Shown here: in pieces, positions 25,152-37,502 of the stretch | How positions within the stretch are numbered: position 1 is the stretch's first letter | Layout of the letters: each line of letters opens with the position of its first letter | Source of the DNA: Mustelus asterias | Taxonomy: Eukaryota | Direction: 5' to 3' | Length of the DNA stretch: 64,000 nucleotides | Assembly: GCF_964213995.1 (NCBI RefSeq) | Contig: NW_027590476.1 | Coordinates: forward strand, 186,001 to 250,000 | The notes under the pieces: generated by a model | What the model saw: the letters and a program-made list of their open reading frames with translations, nothing else | Databases searched by the model: none | What the model was told of the DNA's origin: nothing | Translations under genes and position numbers: made by a program

Positions 25152-26319
25152 CTGCAAAAGGAGATTACAAGAGTCATGTGTTAATTGTGGCTTGAAATTA
25201 AGAGATACACATTTTTTGGGGGTTTGAGATTGCTTGAAAATCCTCTTCTTCGAACCAAGGAGATTCCAAAATCACAGAATTTCTGCAGTGCAGAAGGAGG
25301 CCTTTTAGGCCATTGAGTCTGCACCAAGTTTCTAACAGCACCTTTACTCAGACCCTATCCCTGTAACCTGATGTACGTACATCACTAATCCTCCCCTTTC
25401 CTTCCCCCTCATCTTGGGACACAAAGGGACAATTTAGCACTATCGATCAACCTAACCTGCACATCTTTGGAATGTGGGAGGAAACCAGAGCTCCCAGAGG
25501 AAACCCACATGGACAGAGGGAGAATGTGCAAACTCCATACAGACAATCACCCGAGGCTGGAATTGAACCGGGTCTCTGGCGCTATGAGACAGAAGTGCTA
25601 ACCACTGTGTCACCTCCAACAGTCATTTGTCAGTCCTGAATATAAATCCATAACATTCTCCTCTCCTGTTTTCTAGCATAAGATTACTTAAGATGGAATA
25701 TACTTACATTGGAAGCAATTCAGACAAGGTTCACTCGCTGATTTTGGGCATGAAGGGGTCTGTTTTATGAGGAAAGGTTAGGCAGGGTGCATCTATGCTC
25801 ATTGGATTTTAAATAAATGAGATGTGATCTTACTGAAACATATGAGATTCTGAAGGTGCTTGACAGAGTCAACGCTGAAAGGGTTTACCCCTCAACAGGG
25901 AATCTGGAACTGCGAGAACAATTTAAAAATAATGATCTAAGACAGAGATGAGGATAAATTGCTTCTCTCAGAAGTTCAGTAAGCTGTGAAACTCTCTCCC
26001 TCATTGAACAGTAGAGGCCGGCTCATTGAGTATATTCAAAACTGTGTTATATACCATTTTACCGACCAGGGAGTGATGAGATAGAGAGGTTGGGGCTGGA
26101 GGAAAATTGAGTTAAGTCATGTGTTTACTGAATGGCGGAGCAGCCTCGATGGGTCTAGATGCCTCCTCCTGCTCCTAATTTTGATCATGTTTTTATTCTG
26201 TTATTCCAATGGCCGCACATTCCCCCTGCAGCACCTTCCCCCGGGAAAGGCAGTATCCATTAACCCGGCCTGTCAGTCAATGACTCAAACATTGTCTCTC
26301 CTGGTCACCCAAATCCTGA

Positions 26320-26690
26320 AGCTCCGCCCACTGGCCGCGCATGCGCTCTGCTCCCCGCTAAACAAAAATGGCGGCTACGGCACTGGGCCTGATCCCGGAT
26401 AAAATCCCCGGAGCTGCAAACCCGGGACCAGAAGGCTCTAATTCAGGCCTTGCGGCCTGCAGCAGATGTTTGTGAAGCCTCTGTTCCCTCCCCACCCCGA
26501 CTCCCGGCTCCATTCCTCCCTCCGCCCTACCGATTCTCACCCCTTGAAATAAGCGTCTCCAGCACTCGCAGGGCTCCGAGCAAAGTGGCACTGCGCATGC
26601 CCCAGATACAGCGCTGCGCCTGCGCACTGGGCTCCTGTGGAGTGAATAGGGCACTTTCACACCCGCAGTGAATGCTGGGTAATAACCGCC
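26320..26690 (-). promoter_or_regulatory. CpG promoter/non-coding first exon of ZNF-C
   Basis: GCGCATGCGC at 26337, aaaatggcggc, donor GTGAGA at 26540; inverted paralog of 50810-51190. Confidence 0.75.
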
Positions 26691-27094
26691 ATTGAAACCA
26701 CATACAGTTAATTCAAAAATAACATTGTTAGCATTTGAGGTAAATTAATGAATTATTGAGAATTGGTACATTGCTGTGCTCCATTTCTCAAAGTTCTGCT
26801 GCAGGACCATGTAATGGTTTCAAAGCTTTTACACCGTTTCCCTCTCACTCCTCCCTTTATGGTGCTGATTCTGGCTGGGTTCAATCGCACAGTCACTGGT
26901 TCTTCTCTCTGTCCCTGATACTGAATATTCACTCTTTTAGAGAATGATACAGCATAAATAGAAATCATTTGGCCCATTATGTCTCTGCTGGCTCTCTGGA
27001 AGATCTATCCAATTAATTCCACAGCCCAGCTGGTAGAGTCAGAACAATGCGGGAGGGTCGTGGGGATTCCAATCAGATCGAATCATTTTATCAT

Positions 27095-27272
27095 AAAAGT
27101 GAAATACTGTGGATGCTGGAATCTGAAAAAAAACCCAGAAAATGCTGGAAAATCTCAGCGGGTCTGATAGCATCTGTGGAGAGAGAATAGAGCCAATATT
27201 TCGAGTCTAGATGTCCCTTCATAAGAGCTCTTACGAAGTGTCATTCAGACTTGAAACGTTGGCTCTATTCTC
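27095..27272. mobile_element. Second PLE-derived family, fold-back structure; another copy at 43427-43612
   Basis: gagaatagagccaa...ttggctctattctc palindrome whose arms are decayed hammerhead-like motifs. Confidence 0.6.
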
Positions 27273-28526
27273 TAATTATTTTATCAATATGTTTCTTCTT
27301 TTTAGTTTCCAAATGGCAGGTAAGAGACCTGTCCGGTCCCCACTTGAGCTCTGATTTTTCACTGACCATGCTTGGGTAGGATTATAACCATTAGAATCGA
27401 CTCTCAGAGGTCTGCTTTTCAGTCCAGTGCTACTTGGAGTATACCTTCACCTCACCGACTATTGGGTCACAAGTCCCTCACAGTTCTCATCACAAATTTA
27501 TGATAAAATAATTTAAACAATGCCTGAGAACGCTTCTTCACTTCTTAACCGACTACCTACCGTGGTTTGTTGATTGGTCAGACCCTCTTTTTACAAATTC
27601 GGGTATATCAGCTGCTGAACACCAGCCAGTGTTCTGGAATAAGTTTAATTCTAACTCATTCTGAGTAAATATTCTCACCACGTCCTCTATCGGGGCCCTG
27701 CTAAGCAGCTTTAATGGTTCATGATTGCAGAAACTGAGCAGTCACAGGAATGTGGTCAAGATAGTCCAGTTCCATAATGCCTCACATTCAATCTGCAGTC
27801 CTTCAATTATAACAGAATATGTGGCTGTATGTAGCTGCCTCAGCCATGGTCAACCCCAACACTGCCTTCCTGAACTACTACAATGCCTGAGGTGTAAGTA
27901 CACCCACAGTGCTGTTAGGGAGGGTTTTCCAGCTACACATTCCAGACTGTCACCAGTTTGTTCTTTATTGTCAATGTCAGGCTGGGGTTCTCCATGGAGC
28001 AAAGGAGGTTGAGGGGGAGATTTGATATAGGTGGACAAAATTCTGACAGGTTGAGATAAGTTGGACAAAGAAAAGCTGTTCCCATTAGCTGACGGGACAA
28101 GGACGAGGGGGACACAGATTTATGGTTTTGGGTCAGAGATGCAGGGGGGGGGGGATGTGAGGAAGAATATTTTGATGCAGCGAATGGTAATGTTCTGGAA
28201 CTCGCTGCCTACGAGCGTGGAGGAAGTGGAAACAACAAACTATTGCAAAGGAAATTCGATTGGCATTTAGGCGGTGTTTCAAATAGAAATGCTGACTGAA
28301 CATGTCTTAACTTCCTAACACCCTGTCACTGTGTGATCCGTGTGAAATTTGAAACCAGGTATTCGCAACAAGACTCAGCCCACGGGAGGCAAAGTCATGA
28401 GACTGGCCAGTCCAGCAGAAAGAAACCCTCCGACCCTCCCCATTGACCAACTGTGAGAATGAACAAAATGCAGTCCTGGATGTAATTGAAAGCAGAAACA
28501 ATGTCAGCAGAATCCAACCTCTGGAA

Positions 28527-29236
28527 TCACTTGTGAATTGGTTGGTGTCTCAGCAGGGCGGATGAAGTTCTGAAACTCTTCCCACACTGAGAGCAGGTGA
28601 ATGGTCTCTGCCCAGTGTGAACTCGCTGGTGTCTCCGCAGGGTGGATGACTGAGTGAACCCCTTTCCACACTGAGAGCAGGTGAACGGCCTCTCCCCAGT
28701 GTGAACTTGCTGATGTGTCTGCAGGTGAGATAATTGAGTGAATCCCTTTAGACACTGAGAGCAACTGAACAGCTTCTCCCCAGTGTGAACTCGTTGGTGT
28801 CTCCGCAGGGCGGATGACTGAGTGAATCGTCCCCACACTGAGAGCAGGTGAACGGTCTCTCCCCAGTGTGAACTCGCTGGTGTTTTCGTAAGTGGGATGT
28901 CTGAGTGAATCTCTTCCCACACTGAGAGCAGGTGAACGGTCTCTCGCCAGAATGAACTTGCTGATGTGTCTGCAGGCTGGATAACCGAGTGAATCCCTCC
29001 CCACAGTGAGAGCAGGTGAAAGGCCTCTCCCCAGTGTGAACTCGCTGGTGTGTCCGCAGATTCGATAACTGACTGAATCCCTTGCCACAGACACAGCAAG
29101 TGAATGGTCTCTCCCCAGTGTGACTGCGCCGATGAGCTTCCAGCTGAGATGGGGATATGAATCCCTTCCCACAGTCCCCACATTTCCACGGTTTCTCCAT
29201 GGTGCGGGTGTCCTTGTGACTCTCCAGGTTAAACAA
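28527..29236 (-). pseudogene. ZNF-D, 1-nt frameshift near 28832; paralog of ZNF-E
   Basis: Fingers split between ORFs 28748-29236 and 28527-29189. Confidence 0.85.
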
Positions 29237-29949
29237 TCAGTTAAATCTCACACAGAACACGGGTACAGTCTCTCCCCGCTGTGAATGCTGCGATGTATTT
29301 TCAGACAGTGTAACTGGTTAAAGCTCTTACCACTCTCAGTGCACTGGAATGCTCTCAGTCGGGTGTATCAGTGCCTTGGTGCTTTTCCAGTCACACAAAT
29401 GATTAAAGTTTTTGAAGCAGACAGAACAGGGAAACATTTCTCCTTCGAGAATCAAAGATCGATATATTCAGATCCCGATGAATTGAGTGAAGATGTCAGA
29501 TGTTGATGTGACATTATGTTTGAGATTTCTGTCTGTAAATCCTCCCCTTCCAATATCCTGTAAAAGGAGTTTACAGAAGTGATCAGTGTCATTACAGGAT
29601 AGAAATTCAGAACAATTCTAGTTTCTATGGAACATTCTTTCCTCCCTCATTCTCCAAAAGCTGTAAATCTCCATCCCACTCACTCTCCCTCCATTCTCAC
29701 TCTGCTGTATCTAATATTCACCCTTCCAATTCTCCTGAAGGTGCTGATTGAGGCTGATTGACAGATCCATGCTCACTGCTTCCTGTTCTGGACACACACA
29801 GCTGGAAATCTCCATGCAGGATGCCGGCCTAACAGAAATATTCCTAACAGCTACATTCCTCGACTAAAAATGTTTTAAATGGATTGTTTCTGTTAGTGAA
29901 GATACAGGGGGGTTGTGACTGATGATGATATTGAACTTGCTGCTAACGT

Positions 29950-32150
29950 GGAGTTTTGCAGCATGGAAAGAGGCCCTTCGGCCCATCATGTTTGCACAGG
30001 CCATCAAGGACCGTTCTATTCCAATCCCATTTTCCACTCTTTGTGCGTAACCTTGTATGCCATGGCATTTCAAAAGCTTAACTAAATTCTTCTTAAATGT
30101 TGTGAAGGTTCCCACCTCTACTACTCTTTCAGGCACTGAGTGCCAGATTCTCACCCCCCCTGGGTCAAAAGATTTCTCCTCACTTCTCCTATAAACCTCC
30201 TGCTCCTGAAATTAAATCCAGGCCCCTGATTATTGACCCCTCGACTAAAGAGAAAAGTTCCTTCCTATGCCCCCTATCTGTGCCCCTCAGAATTTTATAC
30301 ACCTCAATTAGGTCCCCCTCACCCTTCTCTGCTCCAAGAAAAACAATACCAGCCTATCCAGCCTCTCCTCATAGCTGAAACACTCCAGCCCAGCCAACAC
30401 CCTGGTGAATCTCCTCTGCACCTTCTCCAGTGCAATTACATCCTTCCTATAGTGTGGCCACCAGAACTGCACACAGTACTCCAGCTGTGGCCTATCCAGT
30501 GTTTTATACAGCTCCATCATAACCTCCCTGCCCTTATATTCAATGATGTGGAGATGCCGGCGTTGGACTGGGGTAAACACAGTAAGAGTTTTAACAACAC
30601 CAGGTTAAAGTCCAACAGGTTTATTTGGTAGCAAATGCCATTAGCTTTCGGAGTGCTGCTCCTTCGTCAGATGGAGTGGATATCTGCTCTCAAACAGGGC
30701 CATGATGTGGAGATGCCGGTGTTGGACTGGGGTGAACACAGTAAGAAGTCTCACAACACCAGGTTAAAGTCCAACAGGTTTATTTGGTAGCAAATACCAT
30801 AAGCTTTCGGAGCGCTGCTCCTTCGTCAGATGGAGTGGAAACAGGGCATACAGAGGCACAAAATCAAAGAACAAAGAACAGTACAGCACAGGAAACAGGC
30901 CCTTCGGCCCTCCAAGCCTGTGCCGCTCCTTGGGCCAACTAGACCAATCGTTTGTATCCCTCCATTCCCAGGCTGCTCATGTGACTATCCAGGGAAGTCT
31001 TAAGTTACAGAATACTGATTAGAATGTGAATCTCTACAGCCATATATTCAATGCCTTGGTTAATAAAGGCAAGTATCCCATGTGCCTTCTGAACCACCTT
31101 ATGTAACTGTCCTACTGTCTTCAGAGATCTATGGACATGCACACCAAGGTCCCTCTGATCCTCTGTACTTCCTAAGATCTGACCATTCATTGTGCATTCC
31201 GTTACTTTGCTTGTCCTCCAAAAATTACCTAAACTTTTCAGGGTTGAATTCCACTTGCCACTGTTCTGCCCATCTAACTAAAGTTTTAAGGTTTATTTAC
31301 CAGTGTCACAAGTAGGCTTACATTAACACTGCAGTGAAGTTACTGTGAAAATCCCTGAGTCGCCACACTCCAGCGCCTGTTTAGGTACACTGAGGGAGAA
31401 TTTAGCATGACCAATGCACCTAATCAACACATCTTTTGGACTGTGGGAGGAAACCGGAGCACCCGGAGGAAACCCACGCAGACATGGGGAGAACGTGCAG
31501 ACTCCACGCAGAGGGTGACGCAAGCCGGGAATCAAACTTGGGTCCCTGGCACTGTGAGGCAGCAGTGCCTCTGTGCCGCCCTGTCGATATCGTCCTGTAA
31601 TCTATGGTTTTGCTCCTCGGTTTTTAGCACATCAACAATTTTTGTGTCATCTGCAAACTTACTTATCATACCTCCTATATTCATATCCAGGTCATTAACG
31701 TACACTACAAGCAACGCAGCACCAATCCCTGCAGAACATCACTAAACACAGGCATCCAGTCACAAACACAATTTTGGGTCCAGTTTGGCAAATTGCCCTG
31801 GATCCCATGGGCTTTTACCTTCTCCGTCAGCCTCCCATGTGGGACCTTGTCAAAAGCCTTAATGAAGTCCATGTTGACGACATCAACTTAACTCCCCTCG
31901 AGTCACACCGAGTCACCTCCTCAAAAATTCAACCAGATTTGTAAGGCATGATCTCTCTTTGCCAAAACCATGCTGCCCATCCTTGATTAATCCTCACCTC
32001 CCCAAGTGGAAATTAATTCTGTCCCCCAGAACTTTTTCCAATCGTTTCCCTATTGCTGAAGTTAGACTCACTGGCCAGGAATTTGTTGTTTTTTTCCCTA
32101 CTTCCCTTCTTGACGAGTGGTACCATATCAGCTGTCCTCCAGTCCTCTGG
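29950..32150 (-). mobile_element. CR1 LINE(s) interrupted by PLE and SINE insertions
   Basis: QLEYCVQFWWPHY, YVNDLD...ISKFADDTK, PVSLTSAIGKRLE. Confidence 0.85.
30544..30870 (-). mobile_element. Tandem Penelope-like repeats (159-bp period) with two hammerheads (30638-30674, 30797-30833)
   Basis: tgatgtggagatgccgg at 30544 and 30703; both catalytic cores intact. Confidence 0.85.
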
Positions 32151-32151
32151 C

Positions 32152-32776
32152 ACCGCTCCTGTCCCAAGGCATGGTACATTAGGGAGACCATGCAGACGCT
32201 ACGACAACGAATGAATGAACACCGCTCGACAATCACCAGGCAGGAGTGTTCCCTTAACTTGAGGAACACTTCAGCAGTCAGGGGCATTCAGCCTCTGATC
32301 TTCGGGTAAGCGTTCTCCAAGGCGGCCTTCACAACACACGACAACGCAGAATCGTGAGCAGAAACTGATAGCCAAGTTCCGCACACATGAGGATGGCCTC
32401 AACCGAGATCTTGGGTTTATGTCACACTATCTGTAACCCCCACGACTTGCCTGGGCTTGCAAAATCTCACTAACTGTCCTGGCTGGAGACAATACACACC
32501 TCTTTAACCTGTGCTTGGCCCTCTCTCCATTCACATTGTCTGTACCTTTAAGACTTGATTACCTGTAAAGACTCGCATTCCAACCATTATTTTGTAAATT
32601 GAGTTTGTGTCTTTATATGCCCTGTTTGTGAACAGAACTCCCACTCACCTGATGAAGGAGCAGCACTCCAAAAGCTCGTGGCTTTTGCTGCCAAGTAAAC
32701 TTGTTGGACTTTAACCTGGTGTTGTGAGACTTCTTACTGTGTTTACCCCAGTCCAACGTCAGCATCTCCACATCAT
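32152..32776 (+). mobile_element. Penelope-like element: GIY-YIG endonuclease remnant plus 3' repeat
   Basis: CPKAWYIRETMQTLRQRMNEHR...KFRTHEDGLNRDLG; hammerhead 32646-32680 has GAAA changed to AAAA. Confidence 0.88.
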
Positions 32777-34660
32777 AACTGAAGCATAACATCCTCTTTC
32801 CGATGTTCAATTTCCCTCGTAATAAAGGATAGCATTCCATTTGTAAAAACTTTGATTTATTTAAATGAAGATTTATAGGGTTCACTTGTTTCCAATAACC
32901 TCCCTAATCGTAAATCACACCAGGTTCCAGTGACTTAACCAAATGGCAAGAAATAACGCTTTAAATGGTGAATTCGGAAAGTTTATTAACGATTAAAAAT
33001 GTAAGAGAGAAGGATAAAAAAAGCAAAGCATCTATTAACAGTAAAAGGAGAAAGCTTAACTTGAACAATTGAACAGACTTTTCTCCATCCTTCTCAGACC
33101 AGGACAAAAAGTGACCACTCTGAAAACATGGATAACTTGTAAAATCAACAGCTTTCAACACCTCTCTGTAGGGCACAGTAGTTAGCACCGCTGCCTCACA
33201 GCGCCAGGGACCCGGCTTGGGTCACTGTCTGTGCAGAGTCGGCATATTCTGCCCCAGTCTGTGTGGATTTCTCCCACAGACCGAAGGACATGCTGGTTAG
33301 GTACATTGAGCATGCTAAATTCTCCCTCGGTTTACCGGAACAGGCGCCAGAGCGTGGTGACTGGGGAATTTTCAGAGTAACTTCATTGCAGTGTGAATGT
33401 GTGACACTAATAAATAAACTTTAAAAAACCTTAAACTTTTAAAAACATCTACCAAATTGGTTTCTTGAATCCCCTTTTTTATCCTTTCAAAATGTAGAAA
33501 GCCCAGCTCAGCCAATTGTTGGGAATTAGCCAATTGGTCTATAACTTGTCAATAATGAAACTGGTTTGGTTTTTAGCAAGTTGCACACATTGTCTGAATT
33601 TTAAGACAATTCTTTCTCTCAAACGATATCTCTTAGCTTGGGGTAGCCTGAGTGTTGACCAATAATTGGTTAACATCAGTCATTCAATGTTGAGACATCT
33701 TGAACAGGAACTGATTCATTCCCTCCAGTCAAGGTTAAGAAAGTATTAAAGTTTATTTATTAGTGTCACCAGTAGGCTGACGTTAACACTGCAATGAAGT
33801 TACTGTGAAAATCCCTAAGTTGCCACACTCTGGCGTCTGATCGGTTACACTGATTGAGAATTTAGCACGGCTAATGTACCTAACCAGCACGTCTTTTGGA
33901 CTGTGGGAGGAAACTGGAGCACCCGGAGGAAACCCACGCAGACACGGGGGAGACGTGCAGACTCCTCATAGTCACCCAAGCCGGGAATTGAGCCCAGGTC
34001 CCTGGCACTGTGAGGCAGCAGTGCTAACCACTGTGGCACCGCGCCACGCCACCAAGTCTTCGTAGAAATCATAGAAACCCTACAGTGCAGAAGGAGGCCA
34101 TTCGGCCCATCGAGTCTGCACCGACCACAATCCCACCAGGCCCCACCCCCACATATTTTACCCACTAATCCCTCTAACCTACGCATCCCAGGACTCTAAG
34201 GGGCAATTTTTTTAACCTGGCCAATCAACCTAACCCGCACATCTTTGGACTGTGGGAGGAAACCGGAGCACCCGGAGGAAACCCACGCAGACACGAGGAG
34301 AATGTGCAAACTCCACACAGACAGTGACCCAAGCCGAGAATCGAACCCGGGTCCCTGGAGCTGTGAAGCAGCAGTGCTAACCACTGTGCTACCGTGTGGC
34401 CCTTGTGATCTGTTTCTTTCTATTCGGTTGGTGCCAGAAGGTAACATTTTATAATTCCCACAGCATTTTAAACATTCTTTATATCTTTATAATTCTAAAC
34501 GTTGTAAACTTTTGTATTCAAATTTACATTTCCATCCTAACATCTGTATTAATGAATCATTTATTCTTTAATTGTCTCTCAATTCAGGCTGTCCATTTAA
34601 CTCATCTCCTGCTTTACAATTGTGGGAACTTCAGTCCACAAATAAGGTAGTCAAATGCAT

Positions 34661-35895
34661 TGTGAAAAGCAGGATCTTCTTTATATAAATAAGAAAGTTT
34701 AAAAATCATTGGCAAACAAAAGGAAACAGGAGCATTGGAACCAGCCTGGACTTGCAGACTGAAACCCCGCCCAAAGCCCGCACGTGCTCAGAAGGGAGAG
34801 AGGCTGAGAAGAACACTCTGTAACACTTCTCCTCCCCTTAAATTTCAATCCCCCATCAGGACAGAAATACAACAAAGTAATGTCTTTAACAATATGGAAG
34901 TCTGTCAGGAGCTTTGTGGTTGCATTGCGACCTGTACAATACCACTGGTAAATCTTGTAATGGTGGATCTGGAATGGGAGGTGAAGAGGTAGTTTGAGAA
35001 TCTGTACATGAACATTCCTCTTCCACTCCCACAGCAGAGTCAACTGGCAAAGCTGGAACCATTTCCTGGTGAACATCCACAGCAGCATGACCCTCTGCCA
35101 TGTTCTCAGTAATGGTTGCTGACTCTGAAACTGTTCCTGACTCGGGGTCACACCGCAAGCGAATATGGTCTTGGTGTCTGTGAACAACTCTTCCATTTTA
35201 CAGTCTCACCACCCAAGATACTGGGACCACTTTGGTTTAAAATTATTCCCGGTAACCACCTTTGGTCACTCCCAAACTTTCTGATGTAAACCTGATCACC
35301 CGGTTTGAACTGCCTCTCTTTGGCGTGGCAGTCGTGTCCCTCCTTCTGCTTCTCTTGTCTCCTGCTCACTTTTGCTCTGAGATCTGGATGAAGCAGATCC
35401 AGATGTGACTTCAACCTTCTACCTAAAAATTCCACAGGAGAGAGTCCGGTTGTGGATTGTGGTGTGATGCGAAACTGGAACAAAAATCTTGAGAGCTTGT
35501 TCTTAAAGTATCGCCTGCCATTCTCTTCAATCCCTCCTTCAGAGTTTGAACAGCTCTTTCTGCGAGACCATTTGTAGCCAGATGAAACGGTGCAGTACGC
35601 ACATGGCGTAGACCATTCCTTTACAGGAATTCCTGAAACACCTCACTTGTAAACAGAGTGTCGTTATCTGAAACAAGCAAATCTGGTAACCCAGGGCAAG
35701 TGAAAATTTGACAGAGCTTCTCTATTGCCACAGGAGCTGGAATATTACTCATGATCTGTGCTTCCAACCATTTTGAATGCACATTTACAATGACCAAACA
35801 CATGTGATTCATGAAAGGCCCCCCCAAAGGCCACATTTAGTCTGGACCACGGCCTATCAGGCCACTCCCAAGGATGAAGTGGTAATGTACCCAGT
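34661..35895 (-). mobile_element. Decayed Gypsy element (integrase, PPT, probable short LTR)
   Basis: GPFMNH...HSKWLE...GLPDLLVSDN; RITPQSTTGLSPVEFL; PPT aaggggaggagaa then TGTTAC at ~34825. Confidence 0.8.
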
Positions 35896-37502
35896 GTGTT
35901 GTGCCTGATTCAATCGACAAACAGTTTATTGAGTTACGCCAGCGGGGAGAAGCCACAGGGGCTGACCATGTGCAACTCCACCCAACAAAGAATATCATCA
36001 ATTCTTATCCAGTTACTCAGCCCATCCCGGCTGGACACAATCCAATCAGAATGGTGATAGATTACATACATTATAGGTTCAATCAAAGTAGTAACTGGGC
36101 ATTATGGGGCTTTGTGATCATCTCATGGACAGGTGCCCCCATCATGATGCTTTCCAGACCCCCCTTGGGGGGGGGGGGTCTTTCTTGGGCTTTCTTTGTA
36201 CATAGACTCCCTTAGTTAGAAATGGGGTGGATTACAAGTTCTCAAATGGCCGTCAGCACTCTTCCTTTGTTTTAATCTAATGACCACATGGTCTGGGAAC
36301 ATTTCTCTTTAATACTCTCTCTTTTTAAACTCTTCTTCAGGATCCAATTCCAGAATTTTCCTTTTCTTTGTGTTACTTGCGTCAGGAATAAATCTTTGGA
36401 CCTGACAGGAAGTTTAACCCAAGATCAATCCAACACAGGATTGGTCAGAATCATTTCACATGTGTCAAATTTTAAATAACCATTACAAATTAAAACTCTC
36501 ATTCTCACATGGGTGAATTGTATCCGGATTAAAATTCCCACATGTTTAATAAAATATCCTGGAATCCTGTCTCTGGCCAGTAAATATGGCTCCAGGTTCA
36601 TAACTTCTGAACAAAAAAGTTTTATTAATCACACTTCCTTTTTTAAAAATCTGTTTGATTTAAATCACAGACAGAAAACCTCAAAACTTGAAGTGTTCAA
36701 CCCACAAATATCATCCACACACAAACAGAGAAACTTCGCATGTGCTTTACAACAACAATAAGCAGGATGAATTACTTAAGCGTTCTTGTGATCCTGTTTT
36801 TAAACTTCCAAAAATGCCTTTAATTAAAGACTCAAGGTAAGGTTAATTCTCCAGAAAGATAAACCTTAACAAATGTAGCCCAAAACAATGATAAAACATA
36901 CCTACAAACATCCACATAAAACAAACAAAACACACAGATTCTCACAGCTCGTAAATTTCAACCAATGAATCCTCAGCATTCTCTCTCGCAGCTATAGCTT
37001 CTTAAAGCGACAGAGCACTACAAGCTCATAACTCCTTGATTAAAATCAGATACAATATCCTTCATTATAACTTCACCTTTTTTAAGCCAACTTACAAGGA
37101 TTGATTTAGAGGCAACATCTTTGTTGATTTAAAATCCCAAACACGTTACACCCAAACACCGGCAAAATCTTTGTTCTTTATCTGGGGATAAAACTCTCAG
37201 TTATTCCAAATTCCTCCAGGCGATGCTTAATATTTCCGCATTTAACTTATTCCCAGAAATCTTCAATTATAAACTAAAATAGACACATGAGTTTCCAGGC
37301 AGTCACAGGAATATGGTCAAGATAGTCCAGTCCCACAATGCCTCACATTCAATCTGCAGTCCTTCAATTATAACAGAATATGTGGCTGTATGTAGCTGCC
37401 TTGGCCATGGTCAACCCCAACCCCAAGGGTGCCTTCTTGAACTGCTGCAATGACTGAGGTGTACGTACACCCACAGTGCTGTGAGGAAGGGGCTTCCAGT
37501 TA

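Noticed and set aside
26358-26660. ORF similar to ORF 50823-51221, a possible conserved N-terminal domain
   Set aside because: Non-ATG starts, the frames diverge midway and both cross a splice donor; the similarity reflects a duplicated promoter
35895-37295. Possible ERV/LTR-derived block (also 19536-19997 and 21520-22545)
   Set aside because: Only a poly(A) signal and composition hints; no paired LTR or coding motif to support a call
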